From Octopus sinensis (lineage: Eukaryota): a stretch of 64,000 bases of DNA. The DNA lies in assembly GCF_006345805.1 (NCBI RefSeq), contig NC_042997.1, positions 3,162,001-3,226,000 on the forward strand, given 5' to 3'. Position numbers and translations under genes: made by a program. Positions 12,845 through 28,075 of this stretch are shown in pieces. Numbering within the stretch: the first letter of the stretch is position 1; each line of letters starts with the position of its first letter. The notes beneath the pieces are model-generated. The model did no database searches. It was not told the origin of the DNA and was given only the letters and a program-made list of their open reading frames with translations.

Positions 12845-13458
12845 AATGAGCAAATTGAGTCAATGTTTTCCTCACAAACTTTCCGTGTCTACTCACGTGC
12901 AAAGTGTGAATGTGAGCTCTTCTTTGCTATCACGTCTCCACGAATGAAGCTTTTTTGGACCGAATAGTGACTGGTTATGAGAAAATGGGTTCTCTCTAAA
13001 AAGTGCAGAATACAGTGGGTAGGGAAAGAAGAAACACTGGAACCCAAGGCTAAAATAGTTCTTCACCCACGTAAGGCTTCGGTATCTGTTTGGTGGGATA
13101 TGAAGGATTTATTTAATTTGAAACTTTTAAATCCAAAACAAGCGATAATAAAGGAGATCGGTGAGCAGCGTGTGCGACTAAAGTCAGCGCTAGAAGAGAA
13201 ACAACCATCTTTGGTTTCAAGATGAAAAGTATTCTTCCATCAGGATAATGCTCGGCCAAACACATGGATGGCATTCCAAAGGCTGAAGCAGTTTTAATGG
13301 GAAACGATTCCCCACCCAACATATTCGTCGGACATTGCACCAACTGATTATCATTTATTCCGCAGTCTTCAAATTCCTTTGGACGGAAAAACTATGAATC
13401 TTGTAGACAAGATCAGAACATTACTCGAGAATTATTTTTTGTTACAGATAAGTGAATT
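12845..13458 (+). mobile_element. Mariner (Tc1/mariner DD34D-type) transposase remnant, catalytic half
   Basis: FLDRIVTGYEKWV (TGDEKW-like), VSVWWD, QDNARP and YSSDIAPTDYHLFRSLQ (YSPDLAPSDYHLF-like). Frameshifted. Confidence 0.9.
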
Positions 13459-13459
13459 A

Positions 13460-14408
13460 TGCATGTATGTATTGTCCTAAAATATCTGAAACGGTGCAGT
13501 CTCGAGAAAAACCTATTTCATTTTCGCAATCTGCATCCCAGAGAGATTTTCGGTAAATAGTAATCGAAATATATAATTTTGATACGAGAAATAACTCAAT
13601 TTATCGATCGCTAATTGTCATAATCTGTATGTGTCATATCTGTCTAGTTGTCTCTCCTTGACTTTTATGCCTTCCTCCTATTTCTAAATATTTATTCATA
13701 GGCTTTCTTACTCTTTCCTTTTAATATGTATATATCTCACGCATGCTGATACCCGTCTCTCCCTTGTTATGACATGTATTTGCTTTCATTTTGTGATAGG
13801 CAGCTATCATTCAGAAAATGCAACCTTCCAAATCCTGTAACATTTTTCTAAACAAAAAATTTCAATAAGTCAATCACGAAGTCGGATGAAGCGTGAAAAC
13901 TTACTTCAATATACCAAATTTGAAAATTTTCATTTTATTTTGAAATATTAAATTTTGTGACAGCAACAAAAACCATCCACTCTATTGGAGTCTCTCCGAA
14001 CATAGAATGCATTGATTAGATGACTGGTGCACAAGAGCCTCGGTCACACAGATCCAGGAGATATCCAATTACTCTCCAAATGAATTCTATCACAATTGAA
14101 TATTATTATTCATCAAGAAAACGCCAGGGTAAACAGTTTCGGTTGCCAGTTTAGAACTTGAAGAGCCTTGCTTCACCTTCACCCATAGAGATAGTAAGAA
14201 AAATCTTTACATCTATGCACCATGTAGAAAAACAAAAACCAATTCGTTTAACGTTACAATGAAAATTGTCCCATATAATGGTGAAAATTCTTCGTGATCA
14301 AGAGGCGGGGATTCGTCAGGGATGACAGTGTCAGATATAGACTAAAAGAAATGAAATGAAGGAATTCTATTGCGAAAAGTCCCCGGCAATCACGGGCTAC
14401 TCGACTAG
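13460..14408 (+). mobile_element. Probable non-autonomous Helitron (3' end clear, 5' end tentative)
   Basis: 3' hairpin CCCGGCAATCACGGG followed by CTCGACTAG|T at 14381-14409. The 5' boundary is inferred only from where mariner homology stops. Confidence 0.45.
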
Positions 14409-16828
14409 TATGCATGTATATGTGTATTCGCGAGTGTGTGTGAATGTATGTATGTGTGCGTGTAGGTGTGTATGTCCGCGCGTGTTTGTGCGTGCATCGC
14501 TGATGTTAACTTTTTTTTTTTAATTCAAATTCGATGGAAGTCTTCTAGACTCAAAATAAATATGGCGGTCTTCTCATACAAATCTGTGAGTATTCATGCC
14601 GAATATTTTCGGCTTCTACTTTCTCAGCTCACAACCTGCACCTTCTCTCAGTGTTCAAAACATGGTCAAGTTGAAACATGACTAGATTATCGACTTCCTG
14701 TACCTTCTGATCACCACACGTCAACAACAACACTCAAATATACACACAAACACACGTACAGGCACACACACACGCACAGACACGTACACAGACATATAAA
14801 CATACTTATAAATATATGTGTGTGTGTCTGTTTGTGGCTGTGGGTGAGTGTATACATGCATATACGCCTGTTGTTGATATATGTATGTGTGTCTACAATT
14901 CTCTTCTCTACTACAGTTCTCTCTTCGACCATAAGTATCAAATATCTCTTCCTCTTGTCAGCTTAACAGGAAATAGAAGAAATCTCTTTTATATTAAGTA
15001 AATCACATTAAGTCATACAAATGCAATATAACTTCTGTTTTGTTATATTTAGATTTTGTTTATTCGCTTCGTATTGAAAAACAATCTAAAAATGAATAAG
15101 AAATTTTGTCTCTTTTTGCTTAACCAATTATATTCAAATTTGAAATTTTATAATGTCAATAACGTGAACTTTGTATAATACATCTCATGTTTAATTAAAT
15201 TTCAAATCCAAGATCACCTGATACTCCAATAGGCAAAAATAAAATACAAGCGCGTACATACACATAGATATACGTCCAAATCGTATATGGAAGAGAATTA
15301 TTTCATATAACGAAAACTATTTCCACCAGATATGCAGAATATTTACACATTATTTTCCTTCTTCCATTTTATGTTTTTATCTTTATTTTGTGGGAAAAGA
15401 AATTATTCTTTGAATAAGTAATGTCTATTGATATAAGATCGTTTTAAATGTTTTAAGGTAATTTATTAATCTCTATAACATTCAACTGCCCATGAGTTGC
15501 ATTTATTTTAATTTTGTTCATATATGTTATGCACTTTAGTTGGTTATGCATTCATCCATATCTTCATTATTTATTTATTTATTTATTAACATATGAAAAA
15601 AGGTCATTTATTTAAATCCACATTTTCATATTTTTTTAATGTTCCACATAAGAAATATTATGCATAATTTTATATTACATATATGTTCACAGCGAAAATA
15701 TACGCAAAAGCGCATGGTTTATTATACGTTTTTCATATAAAACATCTAAAACTTAATCTGGCTTGAAAAATTTCCCTACTGCTATTTGCAGATATCTTCT
15801 CAGTATGTCCCAGTAATATATTTGAAAAATAGCTTACATAAAAACAACTTTCTTCTAGAGGAATGGTCAAAGTTGTATGCTTGATAATGTCTCGCAGCAT
15901 TATCAATAGCACCGTTGTATGAATATAATGAGAACGAAACCAAAACAATACCTTAACTACAAATCAAAAACAGCCTAACAACCATAATGCAAAATAGACA
16001 CTATTCTTAATTATAGTTCTTATTTAGCCCACCTTTGCCCCTTTTAATGATTCATTTTTTCCTTTTAGATCTAATTCTAACCTAAGCTAATAAATTATCA
16101 AATCATAGTTTTAAATTACGAGTTTATTTGAACGTCAATGCGCAGTAGTAAATACACACCGAAGCTGTCATTTCTTTTGTTACTGAGGTGAAACCGAATA
16201 CCTAGTACAGTCAATAAGTACCACTCTGGTACACGTGTATACCTATATACTATGAACCTGTAATGCAAATATTTCAAAAACTCCTACTAAATACTGCTGT
16301 CTGTGTATGCAACATATTTCTGAAATCACTGACATCATGAATATTGATGTGGTCTGTAAGACCACATCAATATTTGAACACAGCAATAAATATTGTCACT
16401 TAAATTTCGGTGTTCTAATTCCTGAGCAGCGTAAATATTACAAATCCTAGCAAAAATTCGTTGCATCCATATAAACATTTATTGTTATAGCTTCTTCGCT
16501 ATGCCTTCCTTATTTTCCCCTTTTCTTAAAGCTATAAAGGGCATTTTGGGACAGCTTTTAACACCCTTTCTATTAAAATAAGCATTCCTGTAAATCAAGA
16601 AATATATTGTTATTTCTAGCATACCAAACGACCCCGTACAGTGTGTTTCATTCAAAGATTTGCTATTTGGTGACATGACAAAGCTAATAATACATAAAGT
16701 TACACAGCAAATCAATATCATCGATATTTTCAAAGAAACGTCGAAAACCACCGCGTATTTTCAAAGAAAATAGAAACAATGAAATAAATATGTCCTAATG
16801 TTTTCTGTATTCATGTAAACTTTGTTTT

Positions 16829-16852
16829 TGTAGTGACGCTACATTCGACTAG
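16829..16852 (+). mobile_element. Possible isolated Helitron 3' terminus
   Basis: TGTAG..CTACA hairpin followed by TTCGACTAG, similar to the 14408 end, but the next base is G rather than T. Confidence 0.3.
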
Positions 16853-16899
16853 GTGCTCATAAAAGCAATATCAAAAAGCGTTCATATGTACAGCGTACG

Positions 16900-17314
<415 letters not shown>

Positions 17315-18411
17315 GAAGGAAAGACACTCGAAATGGAATACGTAAACAATAAATGGAATATGTCAAAGTGCAAATAAACATGGAAATCTTCTCATCCACC
17401 ATGGAGTTCAGATTTACTTTTGTTTTGGTGAGTTTAAAAGCTAAAGACTTTGAATTCCTTCTTCCTACACATCTAAGTGAAACTTTTTGGGTAAGCTTGA
17501 ACAGGTTGTAGCTCGAAGTGGACGTGTGAGAGAGAAAAAGAAAGGAAACGTGTCAAACCGAGTATGTAGGATCCAAGAACAGACAGAATAGGAGTATCCT
17601 GAAAAGATTAGGAGTGCTTATTTGTAAAGGAAACACCCATTAATCCCATGCATCAACTTGTATTCACAGAGGTAGTCAATATTTCGAAATACATAATTAT
17701 AATTACTCTGAAATTAATACAAGACGATGTGGCTGTCAAGATATTATGGTCTAGGAAAGGTACTACATAGTTAAACTTTTCACCAATTATATTCCATAAG
17801 AAACCATAAAGTATTAACTACTCGCCTACTTGTAAAATATATTGTGATCGAAGCATGTATTGTGGTTGACAGACGGAATGAGAGAGTGAGGTATTATGTA
17901 GAAGGGAGAAAACCCTATCTAAATGAACATTGTAGATAATTTCGGTTTAGCTTCGGGAAGTTCACTCAATTTAAACTTTTATTTACCTCAGCGAATTCAG
18001 GGAATTTCATAAAACACAATAGTCAATTACATATTATGCCATGTAAAAAAGGCTGTATATGTGCTCTGACAAATTTATCAGAAATAGCAGGTAATAATCT
18101 ATAAAATTATATCCCACTATATTAAAACGAAAAAAAAAACATATTTGACAGTGTAGCTCTTCATATAACAGGTTGATATGAAAGACAGCAATCTTCATAG
18201 CTGATACATCTTTGTTCACAATTTTACTCTACATTGTCCAATATTGTAGAAATAAAGTTGTAGAGTATACTATCAACATATACCAATGTTACACCTGCAA
18301 TTTCGACATCTAGTGGGGTGTTTGTAAAACGAATTGTCAGTCAAAATCACTTGGCTTTGCATCATATTTTTTATTCGATGCAAGGCGCGAAGCATACCAT
18401 TGTGTAGTGTG

Positions 18412-18770
18412 CATCATCATCATCATTGTTCGACCGTGGTCGAGACAGTGGAATTTACCATGTTACGCCAGACTTCACGGTCCATCATAGCATTACGGAG
18501 CTCTTGTAGCTGGATGCCTGTATCCCTGGAGATTACATCAGGGTAGGGGAGTGTGCACCCTCTGGTATCGTGAGCAGATGGCTTCCAGAGGAGAAGAGGA
18601 GAAATTACCTCGTTTTCAGCTGTGCAACAATGTCCAGCAAGCTGAACTCTTCTACCTTTCACAAGAGATGATACAGGTGATAGTTTCCCATATATTTGTA
18701 CTTTGGTTGGTGTGCAGTGAGAGTAATATGTTTGGTTTGCTTCTATGGTATGTCCTGTTCAATCCCACTT
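18412..18770 (-). mobile_element. RTE-clade LINE 3' fragment with (GAT)n tail
   Basis: RRVQLAGHC..ISPLLLWKP...YPDVISRDTG..ELRNAMMDREVWRNMV, a typical RTE C-terminus, followed by TGATGATG. Confidence 0.85.
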
Positions 18771-19000
18771 CACGATAAGTGAAAAAGTAACTTCAACAAA
18801 AATCAGTCAATAATTTGCGATTCAATTTTGAGAAGACGGTGTGTGTATGAAGTTGAACTTGTTAAATAAAATCGGTGGTTGCTTTGACACCCAAATCCGT
18901 CTCTTAGGTGACATAGAGGAAAAGTTTATTTCGAAAATATTCGAGCAAAGTTTTGCTGTGGAGTATCACTTCCTTTCTTCATCTCACCATCGTAGGAGGG

Positions 19001-19311
19001 TATAAAACACTCCATGGTCGACCTGTGACTAAGCAAACACGTCCTCGACACCATCGCCACCACAACAACAATCAAAGCAACTACTACAACCAACAACAAC
19101 AACATGAGATTCACAACTCGAAGTTCTGAGCTGTAGACAGCTGACTCGTTCAAACAGAAAGCAACTCGCTCGGGAAAAATATAGGAAACATCCACCCTTT
19201 GAATATTTATCTTTGAAAATATCGACACAGACATCTCAATATTTCATGATAAATAATACAAAATAGTGTCAGTTATTTTTTTTCATTCATACTCCCCAAA
19301 GAACGGTGAGT
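19001..19311 (+). promoter_or_regulatory. Candidate TATA box (19001-19007) and downstream splice donor (CG|GTGAGT at 19306)
   Basis: Motif matches only; no transcript evidence. Confidence 0.2.
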
Positions 19312-19444
19312 AAATACAGTCATTCAGTTACATAGAGACGTAGTCATACTCACTCACACATATATTTAAATACATATGCACGTGTATGTATGTGTGACTC
19401 TGTGCGTCTGTGTGTCTGTGTGTGCGTATGTGTGTGTGTGTGTT

Positions 19445-19475
<31 letters not shown>

Positions 19476-20827
19476 ATTTGTTTTCAACAGTCGTTTCCAC
19501 ATTTTGTTTCACTGGCGATTACTATATTTGTTCGATTTCTCAGGATATCATAATTCGATAGCCTTCAAAGTATATGTGTTGAGTGATATGTGAATACGTG
19601 TGTCTACTTTTATTATATATTTAGATGAGTTGTTTTTCTGTAACTAAATTCAAATGTGCGTATGTGGTTGACATAAACATATGCACGAGGATATATGCGT
19701 TTGAATGTGTGTGTTTCTGAATATCTATATATTTTCATCAAATATTATCAGTCAATGTATATTGAATATAATGTGTTCAGTGATATCTTCCTCGAAGATT
19801 TAACTTTCAAGGCTAATTATTCGTTTGTTCTCCTGTTGACTCTTAGCTAGTCTGGTTAAATATCGATCTGCATACGTGATATCAAGCTCAATAAATATAA
19901 CCTTGCTCCAAGTCTCTGCTAAACAGCAGTAGGTTTCTGAAATCTATTTGGTGTTATTGTTAGCAATGTTAACCCCATGTCAGCTCTGGTTGAACAGTCT
20001 TGGTAGAGTCGTATCACTATGCGCGTCCAGGGTATAGCAAAACATACGAAATAGAATAACAGGCAATACATCATTCCTCTTGTGGAATAGTAGTATATTA
20101 TTTAAGTAATATTTGCCTGATACTACATAGGTGATTCCTCCTTACCCTTTCAAGGAGATGTCTACTTTGGTACTTGGCAAAGTTATTTCGAAACTTCTAG
20201 ACAGATATACTCCAAGCTGTTAACTAGTCGAAATCTTAAAATATAGTTTAAATATTACGATAAGAAATTCAATTATAAAGCATTCATTTCAGCGCAAAAT
20301 AACGTAGTTGAACACCATTTGATATTTATATCCCAATCGATGCATGTATACCAATACGTGTGAATGAGCATACCTGTGGTGCAACGCTCGTGCGATTCTG
20401 TGTCTATGTGAAGAAACATTCTTAACAAAGAAATAGGTTCTAAATATATATTTGGTGTAAAATAAGCACAACCATGCAAGTGGTTTATTGAAAATAAAAG
20501 AACATCCAAACTATTTCGAGAACTTCCAAACTATTCCACAAAAATGTCTTTTAAAACGCACAATAAAATTAAAATTAAACAGGTACAAGAGGGTCAATCT
20601 TAACAGTTGACTTTCAATAAATATTTTAAAAACATCTGATGTGGCTTCTCAATCCTATTGGTGTAATACTTCTATTAGAGTCAACAAAGAAATACCTACA
20701 GAAAATCACAAATTAGTTCTTCTTTCCTTTGACTGTAAACACGTTAGGACCATTAATGTTTCGTGTAGTGGTGTCAATATTACATTAGTGTCTATGAGTA
20801 AGAACGTATGTAGACAACTACATCTGA

Positions 20828-20876
<49 letters not shown>

Positions 20877-21658
20877 ACTCTCTCTCTGAATATATACTCA
20901 TGTTTGTACCTGCAATTTTTGGAGCATTGATTGTAATCATATTTTCTCGATATCTTTTCTTTACATATTTAAATTTTCAATTAGATTCATGTAGAAATTT
21001 ATATTTTACTTTTATTAATCCTTGTTTGTTCTCTCGCCATTGAGTATAGTAGACGATAGTGTAGCATCTACATCAGTCGCATCAATAGCTTTACATAACT
21101 AAGTAGACGCTAGCAGAAACAAATCCATCTCCACCCTTTAAATGTTGGTCGATTACTACGTGTAGCATGCAACAGGTATAGTTAGAGACGGCTTCACAAG
21201 CACTCGAGTGTAACTGAGAAGACTGGAGCAATGTATAATTACCTAACTTACCCCAGGAAACAACATTGTATATGTATATATAGATACAATGTATATGTGT
21301 GGGCGGGGTGTACGTATGTATGTGTAAATAAGTAAAAAGAAAGTTGTAATGTCTTCCGGCATTCGGAAATCGTGTCTGCTGTAAAATGTACACCTGTGCT
21401 AATCACTACACCAAAGCGAGATCACAAGTCTTTTTTGCATGAATTCGTAGCAAGAAATATAAATTAAGTAATTTATATAGCACACTAGTGAGCTGTCAGC
21501 GGAGATTTCACACAGTTTCCAGTTTGTACACAGTTTTCATATATGGCAGGTCGCCCTGAATCATACATTATACATAAGTGTCCTCGCACATGAATCAGCA
21601 GTCGTGATTGTGAACGTATCTAGTACCTTTTAGCAAGATATGATTAAACAGAGATATT

Positions 21659-21882
21659 TATTTCTTTATTGCACAAAAGTGGCTAAACATAAAGGGGACA
21701 AACAAGGACAGACAAAGGGATTAAGTCGATTACATCGACCTCAGTGCGAAACTGGTACTTTACTTATCAACCCCGAAAGGATGAAAGGCAAACTCGACCT
21801 CGGCGGAATTTGAACTCAGAATGTAATGACATACGAAACACTGCTAAGCATTTCACCGGACGCTAACGCGTCTGCCAGCTCG
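21659..21882 (-). mobile_element. tRNA-derived SINE family B, near full length, 9-bp TSD AGAGATATT
   Basis: Homologous to 32803-33036. TSD copies at 21650-21658 and 21883-21891. Confidence 0.9.
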
Positions 21883-22872
21883 AGAGATATTGCATGTTGT
21901 TCATCCACCGGATAACGAATGGTAATCCATGGATTCTGCTAATATAAATTCACACAGCACGTGGGATTAATTCTAACTGTTAAACTTGTAGTAGAAATTC
22001 TGCTAGAGGGGTCATATATTTTCTTCACTGACACATTTGTTATATACTCATCATATTGCCATCACTGATTTTGTTGGATACCTGGATGTTTCTTCAGGTA
22101 GACAAGTTAATATGTATTCTCTCTAAGCTTTTTGAACATTTTTGCCTACATGATCTTTTTTAAATAACGTTTTTGTACTACAATGTTATTAGTTGTTTTT
22201 CTTCTTAAAACGGTATTCGGAGGAATGTTTAGCTACTAATTTTAGCTAGTCGAATGATCTCGTAGATCTTCCGTAGATCACGTAGATCACTCGGGTGTGA
22301 TGGAAATACACCGTAGAGACGTAGAAAGAAAATTTGGTTAGAATGGGGCCATTTCTATTTCACTGAACTTACATTTGTAGTGTGCAATGAAGCAAAATAT
22401 TTGAAGTTAACATGATTATTGATGTTGCTTCTATTTTTGTCAAAACGTATGTTTTTTGTTAATTTGTCTTGACAGAGTGGATGTATAGCAGACCAAGGAT
22501 ACTAAGCATGGTGTCACAACATTTCGTTGCCAAGAATTTACTGTGATGTGTATCGTTGTGAATTTGAATTTATTGCCAGATACTTAGGGTTTGCAGAGTA
22601 AATTAATGCGATGTTACTAGGTCACTCTTACGGAAGAAGTAATTTCCATAATTTACTTTTCTCCTTAATCATGTAGTTTTTGTTACATGTTGACTTACAT
22701 TGCACTACTTTTACTTGTTCTGATGACGAATGTATTTTGGAAAGATTAGTTAAGGATCAAAAGGACTAACGTAGACGATAATGTAACTAGTGCATAGGTT
22801 TCATACTAATGCAATCCTGCGCTTAGTTTGTCTAAATGTAGTGAATATGTGTACACTATGATTACAGGTAAA

Positions 22873-23098
22873 TTCACCGTCATCTTTTCATCGCCATCAA
22901 TTCACCTTGACGCAAGTCCACAATGAAGAAAGCTCACTGTCAAGAAAGTTCGCCGTGAGGAATGGTTACTGAGAAAATATACCCTTAGTATCGCCCCGGC
23001 AATAGTTAAAAACTATTCTATTGACCAAAAATGACAAAAAGAAAAGAACGGTGAATTGATGACGTTGAGCTTTCCCTGCGTGAATTGATGACGGTGAA
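22873..23098. repeat. MITE-like segment with nested inverted repeats
   Basis: TTCACCGTCATC (22873-22884) pairs with GATGACGGTGAA (23087-23098). Inner CATCAATTCACC pairs with GGTGAATTGATG. Confidence 0.5.
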
Positions 23099-23934
23099 CA
23101 TACGCTATGTACGTCTACGCCACATCGCTCTCTTTATTAAATCTTACGTATTTCCGAATATGTTTGATGCGTTATACGTCATACGAAATATATTATATCA
23201 GTGTGTTTGTTTTACATAAAAGTAAATATGAAAATATTCTTTGCATTTCGGATCATGCCGATACGGCAAAGTTTTCATAAATGCAATGCTTCTCTACCAT
23301 GGGGTATACCTGCACTTAATTTCCAAAAATGGTAAAAAAAATAAAATTGCGTATTTCGTATGTTCTACGTCAGTATAAATTTTGCTTCTGAGGAAATTTT
23401 CGAAATAACTGAAATGTATTGATAAGCTGTTCTCTTGTCTCTAGGACGTTGTTTTGTCTATAAGCAGATGACATAGCATGAATCTGAAAGATTTGTTGAT
23501 ATCCATGATCTCTACGATTTAGAGTGGTTATACAATAATAGACTTGTAATTTACTTTAAATTACTTTAATCAGTAGTGTAGTGATTGTGTGCAATACTCG
23601 GAATTATTGAAGCTACTTCTGTTGGTATGATTTTGAACTTCTTGAAAATTCCAGTGATTTTGTTAAAGCTTATTTATTCTGAATCTTTCAAGATTTCAGA
23701 AGACCAGCATCAGTTATTGAAGAGGCTGGCTAGGCAAATCTATTTCTATTGTTTAAAAGACTAACTCAACTAGGGCATCAACAAATTACATTTAATGTCG
23801 CTGTAAAATTGTAAATTTGGTTTATGTTAAATATTGATTGACATTATTTTAATGTATATGCTTATCACAAGTTGGAGTTTTGACTGTGACTACAGTTGTT
23901 GCTACAACTAAATATTGAGAGGAGGAGGGTAATC

Positions 23935-24100
23935 GAATAAATCGACACCAGTGCTCAATTGATACTTATTTTACCGACCATCAACGGATGAAAGTCAAAG
24001 TGAACTTCGGTGGTATTTGAACTCAGAATGTAAAACCGGAAGAAATGCCGTTTAGCAATTTGTCCGACGGAATGACGATGATCCTGCCAGATCGCCGACT
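23935..24100 (-). mobile_element. Old diverged SINE family B fragment
   Basis: Degenerate match (atcgacaccagtgc...tttgaactcagaatgtaa...ctgccagatcgccg). Confidence 0.7.
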
Positions 24101-24469
24101 TCTACTAAATATGAGGTTTTACATGAGTAAAATTTTAGTGGTTTATGCTTAGTCCAATTGTTTATAATTTTCCATAAAATGATTCCTTTGATATTTACTA
24201 ATACCGTTGCATGATGGCAAGTTTCAATAGTATCATATGCGAGGTAGTATTCTTGTCTTTGATGTTTGCATTTTCAATCAGGTTGGTTAGTTAATGTATT
24301 TATTTGTAGTATTTCCATCTCGAAGTATAGGATCCCCCCCTTTCATGACAACATAATAATAACAGCAAATAGCGTATATGCAAAATAAAAAAAGAAATCA
24401 CACGTGACCCTTTCTCTCCATGTATATGTACATATTTATATATCTCCATATCAAAATATCGATATAGGA

Positions 24470-24554
24470 GAGAGAGAACGAGAGAGAGAGAGAGGGGGGG
24501 AGAAATGGGGGGGAAGAGATGGAAAGAGTATGTAGTTGCAGGTATGTGACTGGC

Positions 24555-24605
<51 letters not shown>

Positions 24606-25172
24606 TGCATTATATTTTGTATATGTTAAAGGAAGTTAAATAGAAGAATATTTTCTTCTGTTTATAATACCCTATATATATATACATACATACACACATA
24701 CGTCTGTGTTTGAGTTTATATACGAAAGATGAACAACTAAAAATGAAAAGAAACGTAGCTGTTCCATTTACCAAAATGCCAACATAAAGGAAATAAAATG
24801 ACAAAAAAAAAAGAAAAAAATGAGAAACACTCTGGCTGCCAACCTTCCAATAGTGTTGTAGACTTAAATGTGAAATGTGATGACCGGTAGATAGGCTGAT
24901 ATTATATATGGAGAGAATCATGTACTGGCAACCCAGTGGACGACGGCTAAAATGGGAGATAGGAATGCGATTGATGAAACGTTAGAGTAAGAGAGAAAGA
25001 GGAAAAGAAAGGGAAGAGAGAGAACGAGAAAGGGAGTGAGAGAATGTAGGTTACGAAGCTGATAGATCAATGCGATGGGTTGAAGCAGATAGCTGCTGTG
25101 TGAGTATGGGTGAATAAATTGAGAGACTCGGTTCGGTTGACAAATAGTAAGAGCAATGCAAAGCCAAAACAT

Positions 25173-25235
<63 letters not shown>

Positions 25236-25573
25236 GGCTGGAGAAGAGATGAGATGGGGAAAGATTGTAATGAAAGGGAAAGAGAGAAATATGCAATTGA
25301 GATGGAGCATGTGAACCGCAGTTGATTTGATGAAAAACGGATTTTAGATAGATGTACCTATATATACACACATATATAAATTTACATTCACAAACACTCG
25401 AGACACATGTATATATATATATATATACACATATATATATATGTGTGTGCGTGTGTGTGTACATATATATAATATATGGTATATATATATATATATGCAT
25501 ACACACATATATTTACCTACATACATAAATACATAGGTAGACAGACAGATAAAAATATAAATAGATAGATAAG

Positions 25574-25649
<76 letters not shown>

Positions 25650-26556
25650 CGGCATATAAAACTCAAATTACTAATATATTAGAGTAAGTAAATATTGTGA
25701 GGAATGAGAATAAGAACAAGAAATATCAGACTTCACTGAACCTAACATAACAAACGTATGTAGTTCTACACACGTTCAGAACTACACTCATACAATACAT
25801 ACACATTTATATATCTGCGCGCATGTGTGTGTTATGTCTGTCGTAGTATGTATGCATGCATGCACGCACATATATATGCAAGTATACAGGTATCTATGTT
25901 TGTAAGTATGTATGCTTGTATCACCGATCACGTATGAATACAGGTATATAAAACAAGAGATTTGATATGTCCTTAAACTTTCTGTCACTAACACAAAACA
26001 TCAGTAAAACATCGGCAAGCAGAATCAAAGAAATCGAAATAAAAGAAAAGAAATAGTTGGAGATTACAAGCAAGCAAGGATGAACAGGTAAAATAGACTG
26101 ACAGATTGCAGCACTCATAGACGGATGAATAAATATTCCCAGCGAAAGAAGCGTAGTATTGTCTGGTTAAGAAGGAGAATAGTATAAATAAATAAATAAT
26201 TGAATTAGGTTGCACATATATCAACAAATATTCAGATTTGATAAAAGTATAGAACGAATGACTTATACAAACGTGCATACATACATACATATATATATAT
26301 ATATATTATATATATATATATTATATATATATATATATATACATATAAATATATAATATATATATACATATAATATATATATATATATATATACATATAT
26401 ATGTATATATATACATATATATATGTATGTATACACACATACATATATCTAAATCTATCTATCTGTCTACCTACCTACCTACCTATCTATCTATCTATCT
26501 TTCGATCTATCTATCTTATTTATATATACCTATCTATTTTTATTTATCTCTCTCTT

Positions 26557-26588
<32 letters not shown>

Positions 26589-26612
26589 CACGTATTATAT
26601 ATATGTATTTTA

Positions 26613-26656
<44 letters not shown>

Positions 26657-26690
26657 GCACACACACATATATAATATATATAGTTTGTTA
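24470..26690. repeat. Microsatellite-rich zone: (GA)n, (TA)n, (GATA)n (25562-25649), (TATC)n
   Basis: Visible. Confidence 0.9.
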
Positions 26691-27619
26691 TGTATGTATA
26701 TCAACATGCTTTTTTTAATAACGGGAATATTTTAAAATTATACAATTTACACCAAAATAATTGGTCAACTCATGAAATAATCGAATGTATGTCGAATATG
26801 TATATCGCAGTCCATCCCATATTACATGAATTTGAATAATGCACCGTTGGTTGGTATTGAGTGCATCATCCAGTAAATAATACATATAATTTATGTATTA
26901 AAGTCTTTTATTCCTAAGCAAAACTTTGTTTAGGTCTTTGTTGCTATTTGGATGAAATAACTTAAGTGATATTAATGAAATATATGCAGTTAACCCTTAT
27001 CTCACTCAATAAAACCTGCAATGTGGGTATTTAGGTTTATAATCAAAGAACCTTCAGAACATATTTGCCCAATCGAACAGGGGTATGATGCATCTCATTC
27101 GAATCATACACCTGTGTAGGCGGTTTGTTTTGTAGCACTGAAAATATTTCACCGGGAAGATTTTGAAGGATATGGTCTAGGTATTTTTTTTCTTTTCCTA
27201 TTAGATTTCTTCCTTTGTTTTTTACTGTATTTTCTTAATATAGAAGGTGCAAACGAATTGAAATAGTAGCATTGGTATTAGTTGCGATGAATTGAAATTT
27301 GTGTATAAATATATTGTGGGGGTTCCAGGCTTCAACAAGTTTTTTTTCCCCTCTTTTTAAAAATGTACGCTATGATTTACCCAAGATGAGCGTAGAATGT
27401 AGAATTTCTACATTGACAGATAATGTAGAGGTAGCGAAGGGAAAGAAGTAAATAAACTATATGGTTATGAATTACGATCATTCAAAGACAAATATATACC
27501 TATGTGGGAGAAGAAAGAGAGAGAGAGAGAGAGAGAGCGCTTAGCATTATTTATGAGAAAATGAAAGAAAGTGTGCGCCAGAATGTCTAGATGTGAATCG
27601 GTACATAAATAACACACAT

Positions 27620-27686
<67 letters not shown>

Positions 27687-28075
27687 TATATATATATACA
27701 CACATTTATATGTATATTTACTCTAATATTTGTACAAAAATACACACTTATACTTTCTGTCCCCCTGTTTCTATCATTCTCTCTACACATTAAGACAAGG
27801 CACACACACATACGCATATATATTTATATACGTGTATATATATATATATATATAGATACACGCACACACATATATACATACATACCTACATACATACACA
27901 CACACACACATATATATATTTATAAGTATGCATGTATATATGTATTTAGCTGTAAAGTAAAATAAAGGACCCAGGGGTGAAGAGTTTTAGTGCTTGACAC
28001 TTATGAATCTTTGTCGCTTATATGCACACGCTCAAATACTATACCCACACACCACATATGCATATATATTCTATT

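Noticed and set aside
16485-16751. 88-aa hydrophobic ORF
   Set aside because: GTG start, no recognisable domain; compatible with a chance ORF.
22381-23624. Apparent 28-29-nt introns and small exons (possible parasite-like compact gene)
   Set aside because: Spliced frames contain stops and give no coherent protein.
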